Assembly: GCA_003131585.1 (NCBI GenBank) | Contig: PKVW01000027.1 | Coordinates: 16,549 to 80,548, forward strand | DNA: 64,000 nt | Reading direction: 5' to 3' | Source of the DNA: Acidobacteriaceae bacterium | GTDB taxonomy: Bacteria; Acidobacteriota; Terriglobia; Terriglobales; Acidobacteriaceae | Shown here: positions 19,006-28,554 of the stretch, one piece after another | Layout: every line of letters starts with the position of its first letter | How positions within the stretch are numbered: the first letter of the stretch is position 1 | Translations under genes and position numbers: made by a program | Notes under the pieces: generated by a model | Databases searched by the model: none | What the model was told of the DNA's origin: nothing | The model's input: the letters and a program-made list of their open reading frames with translations, nothing else

Positions 19006-20052
19006 TCAAAAGCCGGTAGTCTTGCCAGGCTCTTTCAACGCCGGTTCTACCGAGCTGCCTTCCGCCGCAGGGACGGGAAGCAGACTGAATACAATCCCAA
19101 TCCCGTGTGGTTCCAGTTCAATTTCCTGTTCGCATGTCTTGCGCTCAAGATCATAGAGCGCGACGTGAGAGGGCTTGTGCCGAGGGGAATGGCCATTTGT
19201 AACCCATGCTACATTCTCGATGAACTTGGTAGGACGTACTCGAGTGAACCCTACCCATAGCCGGCGTTCGTCCAGCGGAAGCACGCCGCGGCACCAGCCC
19301 AGAACCTGTCCGGACTGTCCGCTCATCTGGTTCAGGTCGACTGTCTCTTCGACCTGCAGGGTCTTCCGGTTGGCGATGACGACATGGCCGTCGACCGTTG
19401 TGAAATAGATTCTATCTCCGAAAATGTAGCCATCGTGAGGGCTCTGCACCGCGATATCGATGCGTGGACCGGGGAGGGTCAGGCAGATGGCGTCGCGTTG
19501 CTGGAAGCGCGTGACCCAGACTTCCTGGTCGAGCTCAAACACGTGATTCGGGTGCGACCGGTGAGGCTTGGTCGTGGGGACCTTGCGATAGTCTGTCTGC
19601 CGCGAGAATCTTGCCCAGGGATCTTCCCCTAGCACATTCCATTCCCTGACCAGGCTTCCCGCCGTCGTGACCTCCACCACCATATCGAGTCCGGTCACTA
19701 CGACCAGAATCGTCCCGCGCTGCGTGGGACTAACGTGATGGAGATCGTTAAAGCAGGGCAGGGAAATGTAGTGCTGGAGGCGAAAGCCCGGAAGCTCGTA
19801 GACCAATACTTCGGTGGAGGTGCAGGTGTAAAGCTTATTTCCCTGGATCGTGGCCGACTTGAACAGAAAGGCCGGCAACTCATCCGCACAGACTTCAGGC
19901 GGGGAAACGTACTCCACACACACACGGGACTGATTCTTTTTCGGATCGAGTTCGATCAGGAGGGCTTGTTCGCTCGATTGCCATTCTTCGAGCTTGCGGA
20001 AAACCGTGCTTCTGAGCCGTCCTCCAACCACGTAGAAGCTATTTATCGACAA
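19006..20052 (-). CDS. Conserved hypothetical cytoplasmic protein (possibly beta-propeller fold)
   Basis: 348-aa ORF with no signal peptide, tightly packed between the cysQ-like and deacetylase genes. I recognise no motif with confidence. Confidence 0.55.
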   Translation of the reverse strand: MSINSFYVVGGRLRSTVFRKLEEWQSSEQALLIELDPKKNQSRVCVEYVSPPEVCADELPAFLFKSATIQGNKLYTCTSTEVLVYELPGFRLQHYISLPCFNDLHHVSPTQRGTILVVVTGLDMVVEVTTAGSLVREWNVLGEDPWARFSRQTDYRKVPTTKPHRSHPNHVFELDQEVWVTRFQQRDAICLTLPGPRIDIAVQSPHDGYIFGDRIYFTTVDGHVVIANRKTLQVEETVDLNQMSGQSGQVLGWCRGVLPLDERRLWVGFTRVRPTKFIENVAWVTNGHSPRHKPSHVALYDLERKTCEQEIELEPHGIGIVFSLLPVPAAEGSSVEPALKEPGKTTGF

Positions 20053-20142
20053 GGCAGAACTCTTTTCCTTCGTCTCGCTAATCGATTTTTCCTAGTCGCT
20101 GGAGTCCGGATGCGACGCACAGTCATAAACGAGCAAACCTCC

Positions 20143-20964
20143 TCAACCACGCTGGGCAGACTTCAGAATCGCAGGTTCGATGTGCTGGCCAATCGCGGCG
20201 AGAAGTTCTTCTCGCAAGTATGGCCCGGAGGCCAGCAGGCCAGAAAGTAACGGATTCTTATTGTTGCAACGTAAGGGCGTTTTCTCGAGAGTGCTGACAA
20301 AGCCTCCAGCACTCAGCACCAAAGCCGCTCCCGCGGCAACATCCCATTCGTTCTTGGGAGTCAGGGTAAAGGTTACGTCTGCCAGTCCGGCCGAGACCAG
20401 GGCAAGCTTGTAGGCCACCGAGCCCATGGGGCGGATCTTAAAGGCAGCATTCTCAAATGGTTTCCATTCACCTCGCTTGACCTCGCTACGGCTGGCGAGA
20501 ACCAAGGCGCCGTCCAGACTCGTGCGCGGGCTGGGCTGAGAAGGTTTGCCGTTGTAGGTAACGCCGGATTCGATTGATCCCAGAAAGGCTTCGTTGGTCG
20601 CTGGATTGTAGATTCCGCCAGCCACGGGACGGCCGTTCTCGACGAACCCAATCGAAGCACAAAACTCCGGAATCCCCTTGACGAATTCGCGGGTGCCGTC
20701 GAGCGGATCGACAACCCAAACGCGCGAATGCTGCAAGCGGATGGGGTCGTCCACGCTCTCTTCCGAAAGCCAGCCTTCTCCATCGCGCAGCAGTTCCTTG
20801 CGCAGAACGGCGTCGAGGGCGCGGTCCGCTTCCGTCACGGGATCGTGTCCCGCTTTGTATTCTGTGTCAATCGCTCCAGGCGTGAAGCGGGCAAAGACCG
20901 TACGAGAGGCTTCCAACGCTGAGTGAATCCTTTCCAGTATTTCAGCGTAAGAGTGTGAGGGCAT
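20143..20964 (-). CDS. cysQ: 3'(2'),5'-bisphosphate nucleotidase (CysQ / inositol-monophosphatase family)
   Basis: WLSEESVDD ... VWVVDPLDGTREF ... GSVAYKLALVSAG. The DGT(R/K)EF variant and the sulfation context favour CysQ over SuhB. Confidence 0.75.
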   Translation of the reverse strand: MPSHSYAEILERIHSALEASRTVFARFTPGAIDTEYKAGHDPVTEADRALDAVLRKELLRDGEGWLSEESVDDPIRLQHSRVWVVDPLDGTREFVKGIPEFCASIGFVENGRPVAGGIYNPATNEAFLGSIESGVTYNGKPSQPSPRTSLDGALVLASRSEVKRGEWKPFENAAFKIRPMGSVAYKLALVSAGLADVTFTLTPKNEWDVAAGAALVLSAGGFVSTLEKTPLRCNNKNPLLSGLLASGPYLREELLAAIGQHIEPAILKSAQRG

Positions 20965-21008
20965 ATTTCCTCAATCTTCCTGTTGGTGTGACGATCAACC
21001 TGTGATGA

Positions 21009-21785
21009 TCACGCCATCAACATGCGCGCGCCCGTGGCTAGCAGCACCGCGCAAAGTATGCGGCGCAGCCAGGGAACGGGAACCCGCGTACTCAAGTAGG
21101 AACCGAGCAGCCCGCCTGGAACCGAGCCGATCAAAAGCGCGCCGACGAGGTGAACGTCAACATTGTGCATCCGAAAATGGAGCAGACTGGTGACGCCGGT
21201 GAGAATCAGGGCGTGCACAATGTCGGTGCCCACCATGACCTTCGGTTGGAAGCTGTAGAACAGCAAAAGCATCATCATGACGATGCTGCCTGAGCCGACG
21301 GAGGTGATGCCTACCAGGAAGCCCGCCACCAAGCCGATGACGGACATTCCGAGAAACGACTTCGTGGTTGGAGGCCGCACGGCCGCCCCAGCGGCACGGT
21401 CCTCGATTTTCTTCTGAAAGAACAAGAAAGTCGGAATGCAAATCAGCAGAAATCCAACCGCAACCGTGATGAAGTGGTTGACGCCATTGCCGTAGACATT
21501 CCGCAGGTGGATCAGGAAACTTACGCCCAGATAGGATCCCGGAGCACTGCCGGCGGCCAGCGCCAAGACTACTTTGCGCCGGACCGTGCCCTTGCGCAGG
21601 TGAACGGCGCTGGCGCCGATCTTGGTGAGAAAGTTGAAAAGCGCGTCCGAGCCCACGGCTCGAAGGGGGGGCACGCCCAAACCGAAAATGAGGATCGGGA
21701 GCAGCAGAACGCCGCCCCCGACTCCCGTCATTCCAATGAGGGTCCCGACTCCAAAACCAATCAGGCTCTTGATCAGCAGATCCAT
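21009..21785 (-). CDS. TauE/SafE (DUF81) family anion permease
   Basis: 258-aa polytopic membrane protein. N-terminal GFGVGTLIGMTGVGGGVLLLPIL, with a repeat of the same motif type in the second half (GFLVGITSVGSGSIVMMML). Confidence 0.8.
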   Translation of the reverse strand: MDLLIKSLIGFGVGTLIGMTGVGGGVLLLPILIFGLGVPPLRAVGSDALFNFLTKIGASAVHLRKGTVRRKVVLALAAGSAPGSYLGVSFLIHLRNVYGNGVNHFITVAVGFLLICIPTFLFFQKKIEDRAAGAAVRPPTTKSFLGMSVIGLVAGFLVGITSVGSGSIVMMMLLLFYSFQPKVMVGTDIVHALILTGVTSLLHFRMHNVDVHLVGALLIGSVPGGLLGSYLSTRVPVPWLRRILCAVLLATGARMLMA

Positions 21786-21836
21786 GACCGTACCGGCTTC
21801 AGCCTCTCGTCATTTTCTGGCCTTATCAGAGCGCGT

Positions 21837-23582
21837 TTACAGCGACTCCGCAGCCGTTCCGATGAAGCCTTCCCTCTCCAGGTGCAGGATAATCTCCTGC
21901 GCCGCCTCTTCGGAGGACAAGTCACCGGTATTGATGGTGACTTCGGCATCGGCCGGAACTTCATAAGGATCCGAGATGCCCGTGAATTCTTTGAGAATTC
22001 CCGCGCGCGCCTTGGCGTACAGGCCTTTGCGATCGCGTTGTTCGCAGACTTCCACGGAGGTGGCGATGTGCACCAGAATGAATCCTCCGTAGGGCTCAAT
22101 CGTCTGCCGGACATGTTTGCGGGTCGCATCATAAGGCGCGATGGGAGCGCAAATGGCGATACCGCCATTCTTGGTGATTTCCGACGCAACGTAGCCGATG
22201 CGCCGGATGTTAATGTCGCGGTGCTCCTTGGAAAAGCCGAGTTCGGAAGACAGATTTTTGCGGACCAAATCGCCATCCAGCAAGGTGACGGGACGTCCAC
22301 CGGTTTCGAGAAACTTCGTCAGCAATACGTTGGCAATGGTCGACTTGCCGGAACCGGAAAGTCCGGTGAAGAAGATGGTCACGCCTTGCTTGTGACGGGG
22401 CGGGAAACTGCGGCGCAATTCAGCCACGACTTCGGGATAGGTGAACCAGGCGGGAATCTCGCGGCCTTCGTTCAGGCGTTGGCGAAGTTCAGTGCCGGAG
22501 ATATTCAGCACACGATCCCCCTTCTTGACTTCGTCGTCGGGAACGTATTTGTCCTGATCCTCGAGGTACACCATCATGTTGAAGGGCACCATGGTGACGC
22601 CGATGTCGGCTTCGTGTTTTTTGAACACTTCCTGGGCTTCGTAGGGCCCGTAGAAGGGTTTGCCGTCGGTGTCCTTGCCGGGACCGGCGTGATCGCGGCC
22701 CACGATGAAGTGGGTGCAGCCGTGGTTCTTGCGAATCAGCGCGTGCCAAATGGCCTCGCGCGGTCCACCCATGCGCATGGCGAGCGGCAGTAGGGAAAGT
22801 TTTACCGTTCCCTGAGGGAACTTCGGCAGCAGCAACTGGTAGCAGCGAACCCGGGTAAAGTAGTCGACATCCCCCGGCTTGGTCATGCCCACGCTGGGGT
22901 TGATGAGCAGGTTGGCTTCGACCTGCTTGGCGGCGCGGAACGCGAGTTCGACGTGGGCGCGGTGCATGGGGTTGCGAGTCTGGAAGGCGACCACACGGCG
23001 CCAGCCCGCCCGTGCGAACTCGGCGCGCACCTCGGCCGGAGTCAAACGCAGGTTGCGAAAATCATAGTGGGACGGGATCTGAGTTCCCTCTAGCTTGCCT
23101 CCGACGTACCAGGGATTCGCCTTGTTGATGGCGTAATCGGCGCCCGGATGGGCAGCGCTGGTGCTGGCGAAAACGGCCTTGGCCTCCGCCTTACGGTCTG
23201 GTTGCCAAACTTCTTCCACATGCAACACCGCCAACATCACGCCTTCCGGATCGCGCAGCGCGATTTTGCTCGTGCCGGGGATTAGCTTCCTGGCAAATTC
23301 CTCAGTCACATCCAGCGTGATAGGCATGGGCCAGAGCGTCCCGCTGGCCAGTCGCATGTTGTGGCATACGCCATCGTAGTCGGCGCGTGTCATGAAGCCC
23401 CGCAGTGGAGAAAACCCGCCGGTAAGCAGCAACTCAAGATCACAAAGCTGGCGGCCGGTCAGGTCCCATGAAGGCCACTCTTTCGAATGGGATTTCAATT
23501 CGGCAATTCTCTCGGGTTGAGCGATGAGTTGAACAAGTTCTCCGCCGTGGGGCGGAATGAGATGGCTGGTCGAAGCGGTCAA
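21837..23582 (-). CDS. sat/cysC: Bifunctional sulfate adenylyltransferase / adenylylsulfate kinase (PAPS synthase)
   Basis: ATP-sulfurylase motifs VAFQTRNPMHRAHVEL and FIVGRDHAG. The C-terminal APS-kinase domain has an intact P-loop FFTGLSGSGKSTIA and LLDGDLVR. Confidence 0.92.
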   Translation of the reverse strand: MTASTSHLIPPHGGELVQLIAQPERIAELKSHSKEWPSWDLTGRQLCDLELLLTGGFSPLRGFMTRADYDGVCHNMRLASGTLWPMPITLDVTEEFARKLIPGTSKIALRDPEGVMLAVLHVEEVWQPDRKAEAKAVFASTSAAHPGADYAINKANPWYVGGKLEGTQIPSHYDFRNLRLTPAEVRAEFARAGWRRVVAFQTRNPMHRAHVELAFRAAKQVEANLLINPSVGMTKPGDVDYFTRVRCYQLLLPKFPQGTVKLSLLPLAMRMGGPREAIWHALIRKNHGCTHFIVGRDHAGPGKDTDGKPFYGPYEAQEVFKKHEADIGVTMVPFNMMVYLEDQDKYVPDDEVKKGDRVLNISGTELRQRLNEGREIPAWFTYPEVVAELRRSFPPRHKQGVTIFFTGLSGSGKSTIANVLLTKFLETGGRPVTLLDGDLVRKNLSSELGFSKEHRDINIRRIGYVASEITKNGGIAICAPIAPYDATRKHVRQTIEPYGGFILVHIATSVEVCEQRDRKGLYAKARAGILKEFTGISDPYEVPADAEVTINTGDLSSEEAAQEIILHLEREGFIGTAAESL

Positions 23583-23903
23583 GTCCTAAGCCTCCTGGAT
23601 TCTTACGTTTGTCTTGTCTACTACGTTTATTGTATTTGCTTGGATTGCTTCCCCAAACTTCATCAAGGCCGAGCAAAACCGGTTTGCAGATTCTTTAAGG
23701 GAGAGGGAAACCCCGATACGTTACCCCCCAGAATAACACTTCCAGGCGGCGGTAAGAAAGCTGGACTTGCGCGCTGCAATGACCAAAGAGTGAAAAACGC
23801 AAGGGCCTTCACCAATGGCAGTAGCCGTTTAAGTATTTGAAGCTAAACACGTTACCGGATGGCCGGCGGTGCCGTGCGGCCTTTTTGGGCGGGTTACATT
23901 GGT

Positions 23904-25439
23904 TCACAACTCGGAGGACTCGCCCGTCGGTCTGAAATAACGGGACATTCTGGTTTTGAATTGGATCCCCAGGGGTTCCCGCGTCAGGACAAACCAGAGA
24001 ACGCCAACGCCATAGGTCGCGATGCCGGCGAACAGATTCAGAACAAGCTGCGGATAGCGGTGGGCGTAGAAAGAGCGCTGCATCAAGAGCAGGACAAAAA
24101 TCATGGGCACACAAAAGACGACCGGGTAAAAGTAGGCTTCCATAAGGAATTTGCGGACGGGAATACCAAGCTGGCGGCACATGTGGCGTGGCAAAAAGAA
24201 CAGCGAGGTGCATAGCAATGGGATTGCGGTGCCGATCGCATCGCCAACGATTCCCAAGGGCCGAACCAGCACGATGCTGAGAATCACGTTGGCAATGCCT
24301 TCCATGAGAACGATATACGCCAGGGTTTTATGCCGGCTCATGCCGAATAAGATCCGGTTCGAAGTCGACTGAGCTTGGTAGAACGTAGAAGGAATCAAAA
24401 CAATCAGAAGGACGACGTAACTCGACACATAGCGCGGCCCTACCCAAGCTTCGATCACCGATTTGCCCATCACCACCAGAGCTACTGTCATGGGGAACAT
24501 GACCAGAGCGCAAGCCCGGTTTCCGGAAACGAAGATTTTCCGGAGCTGGTTGTAGTCCCCGATCGCATGAAAGTGACTGGACATGGGGGTGAAAATTTGC
24601 GCCAGGCTGCTCACCGTTTCCCCGGCGTAATCGACCAAGCGTGCTCCAATGGTGAAATGGGTGATTGCCGCCGCCGAAAGGAAGGTTCCAATGATGACTG
24701 CGTCCGTCTTAAACCGCAAACGGGCGGCCACAATAATCATAAAAGTGACCGAGCCGTAGTTGGCGACCTGCCGGAGAGACTCCCGGTCCACGTATTTCCA
24801 TCCGTACGGAATGGCCAGCAACCGTTGCGCGATCACCGCCCGAACCGCGGAGGTGATCAAGGGCAGGGACACGGTGATCAGAGCCACGCTGAGAAGTCCA
24901 AAACCGTGCTGGAGAACGTAGATGATCAGAACGGCCCGCACCAACATCGCGACGACGTTGGTCCAGTTCATCAGGTAGAACCTTTGCAGTCCCTCCAGGA
25001 TGCCTCCCGAGATGCCCAAGGGGAAACCAAGAGCTAAAGCGCATCCCACCATCAGAAACAGAATCCGGGCGTCTTTGAGAAAAGCGGCTGGAATGTGGAA
25101 AAGCCGATCCACATAGAAGCTGCCCAACACAGTCGGCACTACCAAGATCAGTCCGAGACAACTGTAGGTGAAAAGGCTGGTATTTATGAGCCGCGCGAGT
25201 TGGTCTTTGTCGCCGGTCGCCTGGAACTTTGAAACGTAGCGAACCAGGGAGGAGCGGATTCCGAAGTCGAAGATCCCGTAGTAGCCGGTCAAGGAGAAGA
25301 TCAGAACCCACAAGCCAAAGGCTTCGTCCCCGAGATGATGCAAGATAAATGGAGAGAGGAAAAAGCCGACAGCGATGTTCACCGCCAAGCCTCCCCAGCT
25401 CGACGCAACATTCTTCAGAGCCCGGGTCTTTAAACTCAT
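23904..25439 (-). CDS. wzx: Polysaccharide flippase (Wzx / MOP superfamily)
   Basis: 511-aa multi-pass hydrophobic protein. The N-terminus KNVASSWGGLAVNIAVGFFLSPFILHHLGDEAFGLW is typical of Wzx/RfbX-type transporters. It heads the long minus-strand operon. Confidence 0.8.
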   Translation of the reverse strand: MSLKTRALKNVASSWGGLAVNIAVGFFLSPFILHHLGDEAFGLWVLIFSLTGYYGIFDFGIRSSLVRYVSKFQATGDKDQLARLINTSLFTYSCLGLILVVPTVLGSFYVDRLFHIPAAFLKDARILFLMVGCALALGFPLGISGGILEGLQRFYLMNWTNVVAMLVRAVLIIYVLQHGFGLLSVALITVSLPLITSAVRAVIAQRLLAIPYGWKYVDRESLRQVANYGSVTFMIIVAARLRFKTDAVIIGTFLSAAAITHFTIGARLVDYAGETVSSLAQIFTPMSSHFHAIGDYNQLRKIFVSGNRACALVMFPMTVALVVMGKSVIEAWVGPRYVSSYVVLLIVLIPSTFYQAQSTSNRILFGMSRHKTLAYIVLMEGIANVILSIVLVRPLGIVGDAIGTAIPLLCTSLFFLPRHMCRQLGIPVRKFLMEAYFYPVVFCVPMIFVLLLMQRSFYAHRYPQLVLNLFAGIATYGVGVLWFVLTREPLGIQFKTRMSRYFRPTGESSEL

Positions 25440-25655
25440 TTCACCAAACTCATTTCACTTCGGCCCGATCTGTAGCAGGACGGCGCAAAAGACGGCTGGA
25501 TCGCTCGTTGGCGCTTGCTCCAAGGGTATTCGTTTCAGGTTGGCATAAAGTGCAGCCGATGTCCAGATAACCACGCATGCTAGAATCGGGGCGCTTTCGC
25601 TCAATACTAGCCGCGCGGATCGCCCAGCCCGGATCGGTATTGCGGAGCCATTCGG

Positions 25656-26279
25656 ATGCCCTCACCGGCCAGGTCCTTGTTCCGCGCACTACGGTGGCTG
25701 CTCGCCGCAGCAGTCGTGCTCGCTTTTTGTTTGCTGCGCTGGGGCGGCGACCTCTTGATCGCCAGCGACCCGGAGCCAGGGCACGTGGATGCGGCTATCG
25801 TGCTTCAGGGATCGATCACCGCCGAAAAAGTGCGCATCGCCGGAGCCATCAACTTGTTGCAGCGGGGTTTTGCCGACCGAGCCTTGCTTAGCGTTCCGAA
25901 GGAATCTTACTGGGGCCAGTCTATCCCACCGGTTGCCCGTTCCTATCTTGAACGGAACTACGGCAGCGCCCTGGCTGGCCGGGTCGACTTTTGCGAGACC
26001 AGCGGGGACGTGAACTCCACTGCGCAGGAGGCGCAGGCGCTAAACTCTTGCATCCGCGAGCGCCACTGGCAGTCGATCATGATCGTGACCTCGAATTATC
26101 ACACGCGTCGGGCAGGGATTCTCTGGAGACGGATGACCAGCCAGGACCCGAAGACTCACATCTGGATCGAAGGCGTGACGGACCCGGAGTTTCAGCAGCC
26201 CTGGTGGCGCCACCGTCAGTCTGCCAAGGTCTGGGTTATGGAAGCTGCGAAGTTGGTTTGGGTGGCGCTCGGAGGATGA
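25656..26279 (+). CDS. YdcF/SanA-like DUF218 family protein
   Basis: N-terminal TM segment, then AIVLQGS ... NSTAQEAQAL ... IMIVTSNYHTRRA, the characteristic DUF218 pattern. Confidence 0.75.
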   Translation: MPSPARSLFRALRWLLAAAVVLAFCLLRWGGDLLIASDPEPGHVDAAIVLQGSITAEKVRIAGAINLLQRGFADRALLSVPKESYWGQSIPPVARSYLERNYGSALAGRVDFCETSGDVNSTAQEAQALNSCIRERHWQSIMIVTSNYHTRRAGILWRRMTSQDPKTHIWIEGVTDPEFQQPWWRHRQSAKVWVMEAAKLVWVALGG

Positions 26280-26371
26280 TAGGATTTTTTTGACCCGCTT
26301 GGGCAGGAAAAGCTGCGCGAGTCTCGCGGCTCCCAGGTTCTTGCGGCCCAGCCCAGCAAGCAGAAAAAACC

Positions 26372-27547
26372 ATGAAGATGGCTTCGGACCAGAACCTCAC
26401 ACTAAGCGTTCACGAGAGTCTGGAGAGTCTGGAGCTCTTGCGGCCAGAGTGGGATACGCTGCTGGGAGAGTACCCATACTCCACCATATTTTCCACCTAT
26501 GAGTGGCTCGTGCCCTGGTGGCGAGCCTTCGGGGGCAAGGAGCGGCTAATGGTACTTGCCTTTCGCGACGCCGCTTCGGCGCTCGTGGGTCTGGCGCCGA
26601 TGGCTTTGACCACCCGCGGAGCGTTTCCGGCTCCGTTGCGCTCGTTGCGGCTGATGGGCGACGGCAGCCACGACTCCGACAACCTGGACCTACCGGTGCG
26701 ACCCGGCTGGGAGACGGCGTTTAGCCAGGCCCTGCTCGGCTGGATGCAGCAGAACGCAGAGCTTTGGGACGTTTGCGAGTTGAACACTCTTCCTTCCCAC
26801 TCTGCGTTGGGGGGAAAGCTCTTGGACGATCTGAGACAGCGCAAGTGGAAGTGTTTCGCTTCGACGAGGCCTCAGACCGTCGTGGAGTTGGCCGAGAGCT
26901 GGGAGTCCTACCTTAGGAGAATTTCAAGCAAGGAGCGGGGCAAGATTGGGCTGCGAACCCGGCGCCTGGAAAAGAAGTACGAGGTGCGAATTCGCAGGTG
27001 TGAAGAAGACGCTGAGATCGACTGTCTCCTGCGAGCCCTCTACGAACTGCACGGCAAGCACTGGCAACTGCGAGGTCTGCCGGGAACTCTGCATTCGTCG
27101 GGCCGCCGCCAGTTTTATGAGGAACTGGCCCGGCTCCTGTTGGCGCGCCGCCGGCTGGAGTTCTGGGTGCTCGAACTGAAGGGAAAAGTGGTGGCCGCAC
27201 AGTTTGGATTAAGGCACGGGACTACTGTCTTCTCGCTACAGGAAGGATTTGACCCGGACTATGCCGCCGACAGCGTGGGCTACGTTCTGCGCAGCCAAGT
27301 GCTGAAGCAACTGATCGCCGACGGAGTTCGCCGCTACGACTTCCTGGGCGGTACCGACGAATCGAAGATGCGCTGGGGCGCTGAGGTACAGAGCTATCTC
27401 AATCTCCACTTCGCGCGTCCACTCAGCCGGGGAAGTCTGCACCTTACTCTCAAGAACAAGAGTGCGCAGACCAAGGATTGGTTGCGACATCATTTGCCGG
27501 CGGGAATGTGGGGAAGCCTCAAAGGGGCAGTGGGGAAGGGGCGTTAG
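26372..27547 (+). CDS. CelD/BcsL-like GNAT-fold acyltransferase (Acetyltransf_6-like)
   Basis: LELLRPEWDTLL ... STIFSTYEWLVPWWRAFG ... FWVLELKGKVVAAQFGLRHG ... RRYDFLGGTDESKMRWGA, a layout typical of CelD-like proteins. Confidence 0.65.
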   Translation: MKMASDQNLTLSVHESLESLELLRPEWDTLLGEYPYSTIFSTYEWLVPWWRAFGGKERLMVLAFRDAASALVGLAPMALTTRGAFPAPLRSLRLMGDGSHDSDNLDLPVRPGWETAFSQALLGWMQQNAELWDVCELNTLPSHSALGGKLLDDLRQRKWKCFASTRPQTVVELAESWESYLRRISSKERGKIGLRTRRLEKKYEVRIRRCEEDAEIDCLLRALYELHGKHWQLRGLPGTLHSSGRRQFYEELARLLLARRRLEFWVLELKGKVVAAQFGLRHGTTVFSLQEGFDPDYAADSVGYVLRSQVLKQLIADGVRRYDFLGGTDESKMRWGAEVQSYLNLHFARPLSRGSLHLTLKNKSAQTKDWLRHHLPAGMWGSLKGAVGKGR

Positions 27548-27587
27548 CGCAGTGGGTTGCGGCCGCCGGTGGTGATCGACCTGGCGG

Positions 27588-28427
27588 TCAGCGGGTCACT
27601 GCTTCGTTTGCGGTCACCGGTTCGTAGCCCACGGAGCGCATCACGTCTCCCCATGCCGACTCGATCTGGGCGACACACCGCTCCGGCACGGTGGATTTCC
27701 AGCCGCCCGATGCCGCGTTGCGAACGAACGGCTTATCCTGCCGAGTCTTTCTGGTCTCCTTCCATTGGCGCGATTGTTCTTTTTCGAGCTGGCGCATGCG
27801 ATCCGCCGAGCTCAGGGCCACAGCACGTGCGATGCGCTCGAGGTTGGTATCGAGGCCAAGAAACGAGGCGATCTTCGTACTCTCCTTCTCGGTGTTGGCC
27901 AGCAGGTCTTCGTAGCGCAGCAGCAGGAAGCTCTTCTGGCCGCCGCGCGTGGCGGTCCAACTGACGACGTGATCTCGCCAGGAGCCAGTCTTGGGCTCGA
28001 ACTCGGATGCCATGAAACGCGGGAGGAATTCCTCCAAGCTGCACTCGTCGGAAATGACTCGGCGCTTAAGCTGAAATTCGTAATAGGAGATCAAGACGTC
28101 GCGGGGATCGCGCACGATGTATATGATTTTTTTGTACCGGGGGTCAAAGCATTCGTGGCTTTTGACGATACGGGGCCGCGGGAAAGCGCGCAGACTCCGG
28201 TCTGTGACGTCGTAAATTTCGGGGATGCGCGACTCCAGTCGAGCGAAATCAACCGGATCATCCGGATTCATCAGGTTGCAGACCAGGAAGCGGGTCCAAG
28301 TATTTCCAGATCTGGGGAAGGAAACCAGGAACGTGTCGTCGGGATAGACCGTGAGACCTCTCGCCGCGGGTTGCCGCTTCGTGACCACCCGGGCATAGGC
28401 CACCAGCTGTTTCTTCAGGTTCGACAT
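27588..28427 (-). CDS. PAPS-dependent sulfotransferase (paralog of 10853-11716)
   Basis: FPRSGNTWTRF, IYIVRDPRDVLIS, FLLLRYEDL, RQDKPFVRNAASGGWK. Confidence 0.85.
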   Translation of the reverse strand: MSNLKKQLVAYARVVTKRQPAARGLTVYPDDTFLVSFPRSGNTWTRFLVCNLMNPDDPVDFARLESRIPEIYDVTDRSLRAFPRPRIVKSHECFDPRYKKIIYIVRDPRDVLISYYEFQLKRRVISDECSLEEFLPRFMASEFEPKTGSWRDHVVSWTATRGGQKSFLLLRYEDLLANTEKESTKIASFLGLDTNLERIARAVALSSADRMRQLEKEQSRQWKETRKTRQDKPFVRNAASGGWKSTVPERCVAQIESAWGDVMRSVGYEPVTANEAVTR

Positions 28428-28554
28428 CGATTCCAGTTCCCTTAACGTTCAAGATGAGTTTTCAACCCGGACCATAGCATTTCAGCTTTCTGCAAGGCAA
28501 GTTGCGGTAGCGGAATGCGGGCGGCATTTCCCGCACACGCAATCTGCCGGATCT

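Noticed and set aside
21474-22793. 439-aa ORF on the + strand
   Set aside because: It lies entirely antisense to the well-supported tauE/safE-like and sat/cysC genes. Its Arg/Gly/Ala/Asp-rich composition has no motifs. This is a typical shadow ORF of GC-rich DNA.
23861-23886. GC hairpin ggccg...cggcc followed by TTTTT on the + strand
   Set aside because: The orientation is wrong for the flanking minus-strand genes (wzx, sat/cysC). The only + strand ORF ending nearby (23487-23840) looks spurious. The stem is only 5 bp.
25578-25586. Extended -10-like element TGcTAGAAT about 70 nt upstream of the DUF218 gene
   Set aside because: There is no acceptable -35 at 17-bp spacing, and I have no knowledge of promoter consensus in this organism. 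It is too weak to annotate as a promoter.
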